A DNA stretch of 32,000 nucleotides from positions 1,170,001 through 1,202,000 of the forward strand of contig NC_005072.1 in assembly GCF_000011465.1 (NCBI RefSeq), in the 5' to 3' direction. The notes beneath the pieces were generated by a model. The model saw nothing but the letters and a program-made list of their open reading frames with translations. It ran no database searches and was not told the DNA's origin. Position 1 is the stretch's first letter; every line of letters begins with the position of its first letter. This DNA is from Prochlorococcus marinus subsp. pastoris str. CCMP1986. Lineage in GTDB: Bacteria > Cyanobacteriota > Cyanobacteriia > PCC-6307 > Cyanobiaceae. Below, piece after piece: positions 19,454 to 26,889 of this stretch. A program made the translations under genes and the position numbers.

Positions 19454-20461
19454 ATGAAAAAACCTTTAATTGATATTAAGTCTTTACTAAAATCAAAGGG
19501 AATATCAATTGAGGATTATTCTGAAATAGGATTTGGCAAAAATAGTAGATCTTTTAGAGTATTTACTAAAAAGCAAATATATTTTTTTAAAATTTATTCT
19601 TCTGATCATAAAGATAAACGAGATAGATTATTAACCGAATTAAATTTCCTAAATTTTTTAAAAGAAAGTAAATTTAATAATACCCCCTTACCAATAGTTT
19701 GGGATTTTAAAGAAAGATGGATATTGTTAAGTTGGATAAATGGAGAAAGATTATCAAATCCATCTAATGATGAATGTCAAACTTTAGTAGATTTTCTTAT
19801 AAATATACAAAGTAATAGAGAATCAGAATTTGCAAAAAAGATTGGGAATGCATCGGAGGCTCAATTTTCAATTAATGATCATATTAATCATGTTCATGAA
19901 AGGTTTAAAAAGGTGGATAATTATTTTTCAATTAATAAAGAAAATAACATCCCGAAAGAAAGTTCGTTTTATGAATTAGAAATTCTTTTTAATAAATTAT
20001 TTCGTAAGTTTGGTGAAAATATTGATAAATCATTTCCTTTTTTTGATTCAAAAAAAGATATATATAAAATCCTTTCCCCATCTGATGTGGGTTTTCATAA
20101 TATATTAATTGATAGAAAAAAATTGTATTTTATTGATTTTGAATATGCCGGATGGGATGATCCATGTAAATTAATTTGTGATTTGGTTTTACAACCTGAC
20201 TATCCAATTCCAAGTAAATATATAGGTACAATAAATAAATTAATATCAAATAAACATTTTCCTAAGGATTCCCTTAATAATTTAGATTTAATGCTAAATA
20301 TTTATCAATCAAAATGGGTTCTAATTATTCTTAATACTATTATTTTTAATAAAGATACTATTACAGAAAATGTCTTCAAAAAATTATCAAGAAAAATCTC
20401 AAAGTACATAGCTAATAGCGAAGCCAAAATTTTCATTACAAAGAAAGCACTTTTTTATTAA
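19454..20461 (+). CDS. APH/choline-kinase-like phosphotransferase
   Basis: 'SRSFRVFTKKQIYFFKIYSSDHKDKRDRLLTELNFLNFL', catalytic-loop-like 'SPSDVGFHNILIDRKKLYFIDFEYAGWDDPCKLICDLV'. Confidence 0.8.
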   Translation: MKKPLIDIKSLLKSKGISIEDYSEIGFGKNSRSFRVFTKKQIYFFKIYSSDHKDKRDRLLTELNFLNFLKESKFNNTPLPIVWDFKERWILLSWINGERLSNPSNDECQTLVDFLINIQSNRESEFAKKIGNASEAQFSINDHINHVHERFKKVDNYFSINKENNIPKESSFYELEILFNKLFRKFGENIDKSFPFFDSKKDIYKILSPSDVGFHNILIDRKKLYFIDFEYAGWDDPCKLICDLVLQPDYPIPSKYIGTINKLISNKHFPKDSLNNLDLMLNIYQSKWVLIILNTIIFNKDTITENVFKKLSRKISKYIANSEAKIFITKKALFY

Positions 20462-20492
20462 TAAAATCATTCATTTTAAATATAAATACTAC

Positions 20493-20535
20493 TTTATTGA
20501 TTTCCTAAAAAAAATCAATAAATTTCCATTTTTTA
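20493..20535 (+). terminator. Candidate Rho-independent terminator after the sugar module
   Basis: TTTATTGATTT (20493-20503) pairs perfectly with AAATCAATAAA (20512-20522), 8-nt loop, followed by TTTCCATTTTTT; 31 bp after the stop at 20461. Confidence 0.55.
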
Positions 20536-20635
20536 ATTAAAGGTTTATTAAAGATAAGAATTAATCTAAAATTTAATTAAATTGATAACAAAGTCATTTT
20601 TTTTTTAATAGTTTCAAATTTTCTTTCAAAATATA

Positions 20636-22420
20636 ATGAGATTAACTGAAGATGGTTTAAATAAAAATCAATCAAATTCATTAAGTTTACTTTCTTCCTT
20701 ATATAAATATCTTAGCTTTAAGAGAAAATTACAAATCTGGATAAATTTACTACTTGCATTATTGAATGCAGCTTTTGAAATATTTTCTATAGGGATTATT
20801 TTCCCATTATTAAATATAGTAATTAATCCTAAAGAAATTGAAACAAATAAATATCTCTCTACAATTTATAATTTTTTTAATTCTTATGGAGAAAATTATT
20901 TTTTATATTTTATTATCATTTCCACACTCTTAATAGTTTCAATATCATTAATAGTCAAATTAACAAACTTAAGATATACAATTAAACTTGCCCAAAATAT
21001 CGGTACAGATTTATGTAAATCAGCTCTAAATTCATATCTTAATAAGTCCTACGTTGAATTAAAAAATACAAACAGTGCTGATATGATTTCAGGGATTAAT
21101 AAGAATATAGAGGGCTCCATAATTGCTCTTGAATCTTTTCTCCAATTAGTTACTTCTACTGTATTAGCAATATCAATTTTTATAGCTTTATTATTAATAA
21201 GTAAAAATATTACATTAATTGCATTTTCTACAATATTGTTAGTTTATTATTTTCTCAGTATATATTCAAAAAATAGGTTAACTAAAAATAGCAATAAAAT
21301 TGTTATCAATGAACCTTTTAGGCAAAAGTATTTACAAGAAAGTTTACAGGGTATAAGGGATGTAATTTTATCTGATTTGCAAGATTTTTTTGTATTTAAT
21401 TTTGGTAAATATGATAGTTACATGAGAGTCTTTACCGCAAGCAACGGATTCATAGTAAATTCGGCTCGATATATTATTGAATATATTGTATTAGTTTTAA
21501 TTTGTCTTATAATAATTTCCTTTTTATTATTAGATAATGTTAATATTAACTCTTTTGCAATTTTAGGTACATTTGCTATAGGGTGTCAAAAGTTACTTCC
21601 TTCATTACAAACTATATTTAGAATGTTATCTAATCTTAGAGGTTTTAAATATCAAATAATAGAAGCCATTAATATTCTCTCAACTAATAAAGATAATAAG
21701 CAAAATATTCATAGAGAAAATATCAAATTTGACAAACATATTTCCCTCAATAAAATTTCATTTAAGTATCCTAATACAGAAAAAATAATATTAAATGATA
21801 TAAATTTTAAATTGAGAAAAGGAGAATGCATAGGGATAAAAGGAACATCCGGTGCCGGTAAAAGCACTTTTGCAGATATTATTATGACTTTATTAACTCC
21901 TAATAGTGGAGAATATTTTGTTGATAATTTCAATATTCTTGAAGGTAATTTAAAAGAGAATATTTTTAAATGGAGAAAATCTATAGCCCATGTTCCACAA
22001 GAAATCTTTATAGCCGATACAACAATTGCAGAGAATATAGCTTTCGGTCTTTCAAAGGGAGAAATTGATTATAAAAAAATAATCTCTTGTTGTAGGCAAT
22101 CTAAGTTATTAGATTTTATAAATTCATTACCAAATCAATTTGAAACTATTGTTGGAGAAAATGGCAGTTTATTAAGTGGAGGCCAAAGACAAAGAATAGC
22201 AATTGCACGAGCATTATATAAAGATGCTCAAATATTAATTCTAGACGAAGCGACAAGTTCTCTTGATAACGAAACTGAAAACTCTGTCATTGAATCAATT
22301 AAGAATATAAAAGGTAAAGTTACTATTATATTTATTACTCATCGATTAAGCACACTAAATATATGTGATAGGATTATTGAATTTAAAAATGGTAAATTAT
22401 TAGAGACTTTAAAAAACTAA
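20636..22420 (+). CDS. ABC transporter, fused permease/ATPase (MsbA/PglK-like exporter or flippase)
   Basis: Six hydrophobic segments, Walker A 'GTSGAGKSTFAD', signature 'LLSGGQRQRIAIARAL', Walker B 'ILILDEATSSLD'. Confidence 0.95.
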   Translation: MRLTEDGLNKNQSNSLSLLSSLYKYLSFKRKLQIWINLLLALLNAAFEIFSIGIIFPLLNIVINPKEIETNKYLSTIYNFFNSYGENYFLYFIIISTLLIVSISLIVKLTNLRYTIKLAQNIGTDLCKSALNSYLNKSYVELKNTNSADMISGINKNIEGSIIALESFLQLVTSTVLAISIFIALLLISKNITLIAFSTILLVYYFLSIYSKNRLTKNSNKIVINEPFRQKYLQESLQGIRDVILSDLQDFFVFNFGKYDSYMRVFTASNGFIVNSARYIIEYIVLVLICLIIISFLLLDNVNINSFAILGTFAIGCQKLLPSLQTIFRMLSNLRGFKYQIIEAINILSTNKDNKQNIHRENIKFDKHISLNKISFKYPNTEKIILNDINFKLRKGECIGIKGTSGAGKSTFADIIMTLLTPNSGEYFVDNFNILEGNLKENIFKWRKSIAHVPQEIFIADTTIAENIAFGLSKGEIDYKKIISCCRQSKLLDFINSLPNQFETIVGENGSLLSGGQRQRIAIARALYKDAQILILDEATSSLDNETENSVIESIKNIKGKVTIIFITHRLSTLNICDRIIEFKNGKLLETLKN

Positions 22421-23092
22421 ATGCAAGAAATTGATTTCATGAGTTCTCTTCATAAAAGCACAAAAAGAGATTATTTAAAGCGTGTTAACGACACTGTATA
22501 CCCTAAAGCAAAAGCAGCAGAATTAGCCAAAAAGTTTGATTTCGACTACTGGGATGGAGATAGAAGAATATGTTTTGGAGGATATAAATACATTCCAGGA
22601 AGATGGTCAAATGTAGCAAAAGAAATGATCGATTTCTATAAACTTACAAATAATTCGAAGATTCTTGATATTGGATGTGGCAAGGGATATCTTCTTTACG
22701 AAATATCTTTAATCCTTCCAAATGCCAAATTATATGGATTAGATATTTCCAAATATGCTATCGATAATGCAAAAGAAGAAATTAAAAATAATCTTAAAAT
22801 TGGGAACGCAATAAACCTTCCTTGGGAAGATAATTATTTTGACTTTGTTTATTCACTAAATTCTCTTCATTGTTTACCAGCAAAAGATTTATACAATTCT
22901 TTAATTGAAATGGAAAGGGTAGGTAAAAAAGATAAGTATCTTTGTGTAGAAAGTTTTAGGAATGAAGAAGAAAAAGCTAACCTTCTATATTGGCAAGTAA
23001 CCTGCGAATCATTTCATAATAAAGATTCTTGGCAATGGTGGTTCGAATTAACTGGATATAAAGGAGATTATTCATTTATATATTTTGAATAA
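22421..23092 (+). CDS. Class I SAM-dependent methyltransferase
   Basis: 'SKILDIGCGKGYLLYEI...LYGLDISKYAIDNAK...NLPWEDNYFDFVYSLNSLHCLP'. Confidence 0.9.
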   Translation: MQEIDFMSSLHKSTKRDYLKRVNDTVYPKAKAAELAKKFDFDYWDGDRRICFGGYKYIPGRWSNVAKEMIDFYKLTNNSKILDIGCGKGYLLYEISLILPNAKLYGLDISKYAIDNAKEEIKNNLKIGNAINLPWEDNYFDFVYSLNSLHCLPAKDLYNSLIEMERVGKKDKYLCVESFRNEEEKANLLYWQVTCESFHNKDSWQWWFELTGYKGDYSFIYFE

Positions 23093-23264
23093 AATTTTAA
23101 TTAATTAGATCTTAAATTTATATTTACAAAATTATTATTTTTCAATGGTCCAAATTGAGTTTATTGGAGCCATAAATATTTAATATAAAATTTTCTTCTA
23201 TAACAAGTAAGTTTCTATTTTATTTCTAATATATGTATCAGAAAAATTGTAAATAAAACTAGAG

Positions 23265-23411
23265 ATGCATATAAAACTAATTAAAAATTACTTTTATTTA
23301 AATTTAAGAACTGCTGTTAAATTTAAAGATAATCTCATTTCGAACGGATACTTATCTTTATTTAAATCAGTTGGGATTATTTATAAAAAAGTTTTATTCG
23401 ATAAAATTTAA
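23265..23411 (+). other. Possible small ORF or gene remnant (48 aa)
   Basis: Not in supplied track: ATG at 23265, stop at 23409-23411, 'MHIKLIKNYFYLNLRTAVKFKDNLISNGYLSLFKSVGIIYKKVLFDKI'. No recognised family. Confidence 0.25.
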
Positions 23412-23590
23412 CATCCAAATATATTTAAAAGTTCGTAACTATTAATATCTAATAACTTTATTATTTGTATTTCTAATTTTCAAAATAAATTTTTATTTTG
23501 CTGTTACATAAAAGAAAGAGAATAATTTAGAATTATAAATTAATTATTTTTCGAACTAGAATATCAATATTGTTTTTTTTATATAATCTT

Positions 23591-24439
23591 ATGTGGCTTT
23601 TAAAAATATTTCTGAAAATAATACTTTCAAGATTACCAATTAAACAAAAAATCTTCCAAAAAATTGGGATCTTTAGAAATGGTGGAATGAATCAAGTTGA
23701 TTACTCTAAAAGAATATTCTTTTGTCATTTAGAAGATTTAAAATCCTTTAAAGACTTTAATGAACCTGTGATATTAGAAATTGGACCGGGTGATGGTATT
23801 GCTACTGCTATTTATTCGAGAGTTTATAATTCACCTAAAGTATATTTAATTGATGTAGAGGAATTTGCTGATACTAATATCTCTAACTATAAAGACATCA
23901 TATTTTCTTTGAAAGATGAAAAAAACTTTCAAAATATTAATTTATCATCACTTAACACTATTTCAGATTTTCTAAAAGAATTTAATACCTCTTACTTAAC
24001 AAATGGTATAGAGAGTTTTAAAAAAATTGAAAATTTTTCAGTAGATTATATTTTTTCGCATTCTGTTATGGAACATATAAGATTATCAACATTAGATGAA
24101 ATGATTGAAGAAATGAATAGAGTTTTAAAAGTAGGTGGTCTAGTGTCACACAACATAAATTACAAAGATCATCTTTCTGATTCATTAAATAATTTGAGAT
24201 TCTCAAAAAGAATTTGGGAATCAAACTTTTTTGCTAATTCTGGATTTTATACAAACAGAGTTCCAGCAGTAGAAATGCATAAAAAATTTGTAGAATCTGG
24301 TTTTGAAATAATTTACCAAAATTTTGGATCATGGGCAAAATTACCTTTAAAAAGAAAATATATTCATAAAGAGTTCAGTAAATATACCGATAAAGAATTA
24401 AATAACTGTACTTCAAATTTTATTGCGAAAAAAAAATAG
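23591..24439 (+). CDS. Class I SAM-dependent methyltransferase (trimmed start)
   Basis: 'VILEIGPGDGIATAIYSRV...VDYIFSHSVMEHIRLSTLDEMIEEMNRVLKVGGLVSHNINYKDHL'. The track start at 23570 is a TTG inside a T-run; the ATG at 23591 ('MWLLKIFLK') is a more plausible start. Confidence 0.85.
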   Translation: MWLLKIFLKIILSRLPIKQKIFQKIGIFRNGGMNQVDYSKRIFFCHLEDLKSFKDFNEPVILEIGPGDGIATAIYSRVYNSPKVYLIDVEEFADTNISNYKDIIFSLKDEKNFQNINLSSLNTISDFLKEFNTSYLTNGIESFKKIENFSVDYIFSHSVMEHIRLSTLDEMIEEMNRVLKVGGLVSHNINYKDHLSDSLNNLRFSKRIWESNFFANSGFYTNRVPAVEMHKKFVESGFEIIYQNFGSWAKLPLKRKYIHKEFSKYTDKELNNCTSNFIAKKK

Positions 24440-24485
24440 GTTTATAATTTAAATTATTATAATTTTAATTGGTAAAACAAATTTG

Positions 24486-25478
24486 CTATGCAATTTTCTT
24501 CTGCATCAAGAAAGCTCCTATTGTATTTCTTATATGTGGATCAGAAAACTTCCAAATAAAACCATCGATATAAAAATGATATAATTGGAAAATAATTGGG
24601 ATTAAGTAAAATAAATTAAAGGAATTATTAGAATTATTTGCTGAAGTAACACCTATAAATGCAAATATTGTCATTACTAGTGCATAAATTAGAATAAATA
24701 AAAGTCTTGATTTAAACTCAAATGAATTTAATAAATCTTTTATATTTTTATAATTAACACTTGTTTTTCTAAAATAAATTAAACCTATAATTGATATGTA
24801 TTGTATCCAATGCATACCCACACCAACAGCTGTAGCTGTAGACAAATCTTTAAAAAATAAAATCGGAAGATAAATAATAATACCTGTAATTAAAGAAGAA
24901 AAATAATTAATATTTTTAATATATTTTATTTTAGTTGAAAGAAAAACTAAAAATAAATAAAGGAGAAATATGATAACTAGAAAAGAATTAAATATGTACT
25001 TATTTTCCATAAAAAGGTTGTTAAGTATGCCAGGTTTTACTAGTCCAGTAGCAAGGAATCCAAATGAAAAGAAATATATAATTAAACGAAAATTAGTGCC
25101 TGTTTTCTTAGGCAATTTTGAGATACCTATGCTTTGTTTTGTAACATGATATCCTGAGGCCAAATAATGTAGTAAAAGTACAACTTGTGGATTAAAGAAC
25201 CAAATTCCTAAAATAGCAATCCCAATATATATAGGTAAAACAATTAATTTATATAAATTTTGTTTAATCCAATATTTATTTTGAACATCAAAGAAAAATA
25301 ACCATGTTGAGGCAAAATGAGTCTCTGCAAATAAAAATAAACTAAAAACAAAGCATATTGAGGCAAGTGAAGGGACATTAGTTACTGTCAATAAATAAAT
25401 GATTGGGAACCAAAGAGGTAAATAAATTAATGATAAATCAAATCTATTATTTAATATCTGCTGAGAGCTGGAAGACAT
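24486..25478 (-). CDS. Polytopic membrane protein of unknown function
   Basis: 330 aa with about eight to nine hydrophobic segments; conserved-looking polar motifs inside the membrane portion ('ETHFASTWLFF', 'LHYLASGYHVTKQ', 'GVGMHWIQYI', 'YHFYIDGFIWKFSDPHIR'). Confidence 0.75.
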   Translation of the reverse strand: MSSSSQQILNNRFDLSLIYLPLWFPIIYLLTVTNVPSLASICFVFSLFLFAETHFASTWLFFFDVQNKYWIKQNLYKLIVLPIYIGIAILGIWFFNPQVVLLLHYLASGYHVTKQSIGISKLPKKTGTNFRLIIYFFSFGFLATGLVKPGILNNLFMENKYIFNSFLVIIFLLYLFLVFLSTKIKYIKNINYFSSLITGIIIYLPILFFKDLSTATAVGVGMHWIQYISIIGLIYFRKTSVNYKNIKDLLNSFEFKSRLLFILIYALVMTIFAFIGVTSANNSNNSFNLFYLIPIIFQLYHFYIDGFIWKFSDPHIRNTIGAFLMQKKIA

Positions 25479-25493
25479 CTTAAGAAAAACTGA

Positions 25494-26339
25494 TTATTCT
25501 TTCTGGGCACATACTGTAAAATAACCAGGACTAAATTCTAATTTATTAATATTTTTTTCGTAAGATGATGACTCTAGTGATTTTTCGAGATCAAAAAGAT
25601 CACTACTCTTAGAATTTGAAATATCTTTATAATTGTTTATGCTTGTCGAAACTACTTTAAAATTAATCTCTTTTATCCAACCTAAAAGCTCTTCATAAGT
25701 ATGTTGAGTCTCGTGAGGATGCAATACTTGATCCCTAAACCAAGAATATGAATGACTATCATCATTCATACTTTTATTCATTTTCTTAAATAATTTATAA
25801 GCTGATTGTTCCCCATGCCAATTAGAGTATGATTGTAAGAATTGAAGCATTGGTTTTCGCCCATACAAATGGTACAAACCAACATACAAGTACCCTCCTG
25901 GTTTTACGAATTTAGAGATTTTAGTAAAAGCTTTTTTGCAATCAAAAGTGTGATGAAGCACACCTAAACTTATAACTAAATCATAATTATTATTATCTTC
26001 ATATTCGAATATGTTGCAATGATTGAAATTAGCAGATTTATTTAGTTTTTTTGAAACATTTTTAGCAACTTCAATAGCCTTCTCAGTAAAGTCTACAGAA
26101 GTAAGATTTTTGTTATAGTAATACATCAAAGAATTAGTAAGCCAACCAGTGCCACAACCAAATTCAATAACATCCTTAATTAACTTACCCTTAAAGAGTG
26201 ATTTATTTTTTATTAATAGTTTATGAAGATCTTTATATTCCAATACCTGATTAGAATTTTTTATATTTTTTAAATAGAAATCTATATCACTTGTAAAATT
26301 GAAAGGGATATCCTTATAGAAATTTACAACATCTTTCAT
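25494..26339 (-). CDS. Class I SAM-dependent methyltransferase
   Basis: 'VIEFGCGTGWLTNSLMYYYNKNLTSVDFTEKAIEVAKN...YDLVISLGVLHHTFDCKKAFTKISKFVKPGGYLYVGLYHLYGR'. Confidence 0.9.
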   Translation of the reverse strand: MKDVVNFYKDIPFNFTSDIDFYLKNIKNSNQVLEYKDLHKLLIKNKSLFKGKLIKDVIEFGCGTGWLTNSLMYYYNKNLTSVDFTEKAIEVAKNVSKKLNKSANFNHCNIFEYEDNNNYDLVISLGVLHHTFDCKKAFTKISKFVKPGGYLYVGLYHLYGRKPMLQFLQSYSNWHGEQSAYKLFKKMNKSMNDDSHSYSWFRDQVLHPHETQHTYEELLGWIKEINFKVVSTSINNYKDISNSKSSDLFDLEKSLESSSYEKNINKLEFSPGYFTVCAQKE

Positions 26340-26345
26340 CGTTTT

Positions 26346-26504
26346 CTAAAAAAGTGTATAAATGAAAGGTGCAACTATTGAACCTTGTGCAGTAATTAAT
26401 ATGACAGCAATCGCAACTAATATTATTGCAAAAGGAACCAACCAATATTTTTTTCTTACTTTCGCGTAGGCCCAAATTTGTTTAAAAATTAAAAAGAATT
26501 TCAT
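26346..26504 (-). CDS. Small membrane protein, DUF5989/SxtK-like (52 aa)
   Basis: Missing from supplied track. Minus-strand ATG at 26504 overlaps the TAA of the upstream gene (TAATG), stop TAG at 26346-26348. Translation 'MKFFLIFKQIWAYAKVRKKYWLVPFAIILVAIAVILITAQGSIVAPFIYTLF'. Confidence 0.85.
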   Translation of the reverse strand: MKFFLIFKQIWAYAKVRKKYWLVPFAIILVAIAVILITAQGSIVAPFIYTLF

Positions 26505-26884
26505 TAGTATTGATCTGTAAAATTTAAATCTGTTGAAGGAATATTAACACTATTTGTTTGTTTTCTAGTTCGTATTTTAAAAATCATTTTAATTAAATTT
26601 CTTAATATTGAAAATGGTGTAATCATAAAATAAAAGAATAGGCCTAATATTAATTTACTATTTAACCTACCTAAAATATTACCAAGCCTAATCCAAAACG
26701 AGTAAGGTCTTCTAAGTTTGTAAGGGGAAAAGATACTAATAGTAGTTATTAATAAAGAGAAAAACAAAGGGAAGACCTTCATTTGTTGATGTAATAAATA
26801 TGGAATAATTGAAAAAACTATAATAAAAAGTATCGAGAATAAAATTCCTGACTTTCGTAAATGAGACTTACTTGGATATTCCAT
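26504..26884 (-). CDS. SxtJ-family small membrane protein
   Basis: 126 aa, 'LRKSGILFSILFIIVFSIIPYL' and 'PYSFWIRLGNILGRLNSKLILGLFFYFMITPFSILRNLIKMI' match the SxtJ family pattern found next to carbamoyltransferases. Confidence 0.8.
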   Translation of the reverse strand: MEYPSKSHLRKSGILFSILFIIVFSIIPYLLHQQMKVFPLFFSLLITTISIFSPYKLRRPYSFWIRLGNILGRLNSKLILGLFFYFMITPFSILRNLIKMIFKIRTRKQTNSVNIPSTDLNFTDQY

Positions 26885-26889
26885 GTATT

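Noticed and set aside
18386-21933. Minus-strand ORFs 18386-18577 and 21709-21933
   Set aside because: Antisense to transketolase-C and ABC transporter coding regions; no supporting features.
22421-23092. Methyltransferase suspected to be 3' truncated because it ends abruptly in 'YFE'
   Set aside because: Length (223 aa) and complete SAM motifs are normal for the small methyltransferases of such loci; no continuation in other frames was recognised.
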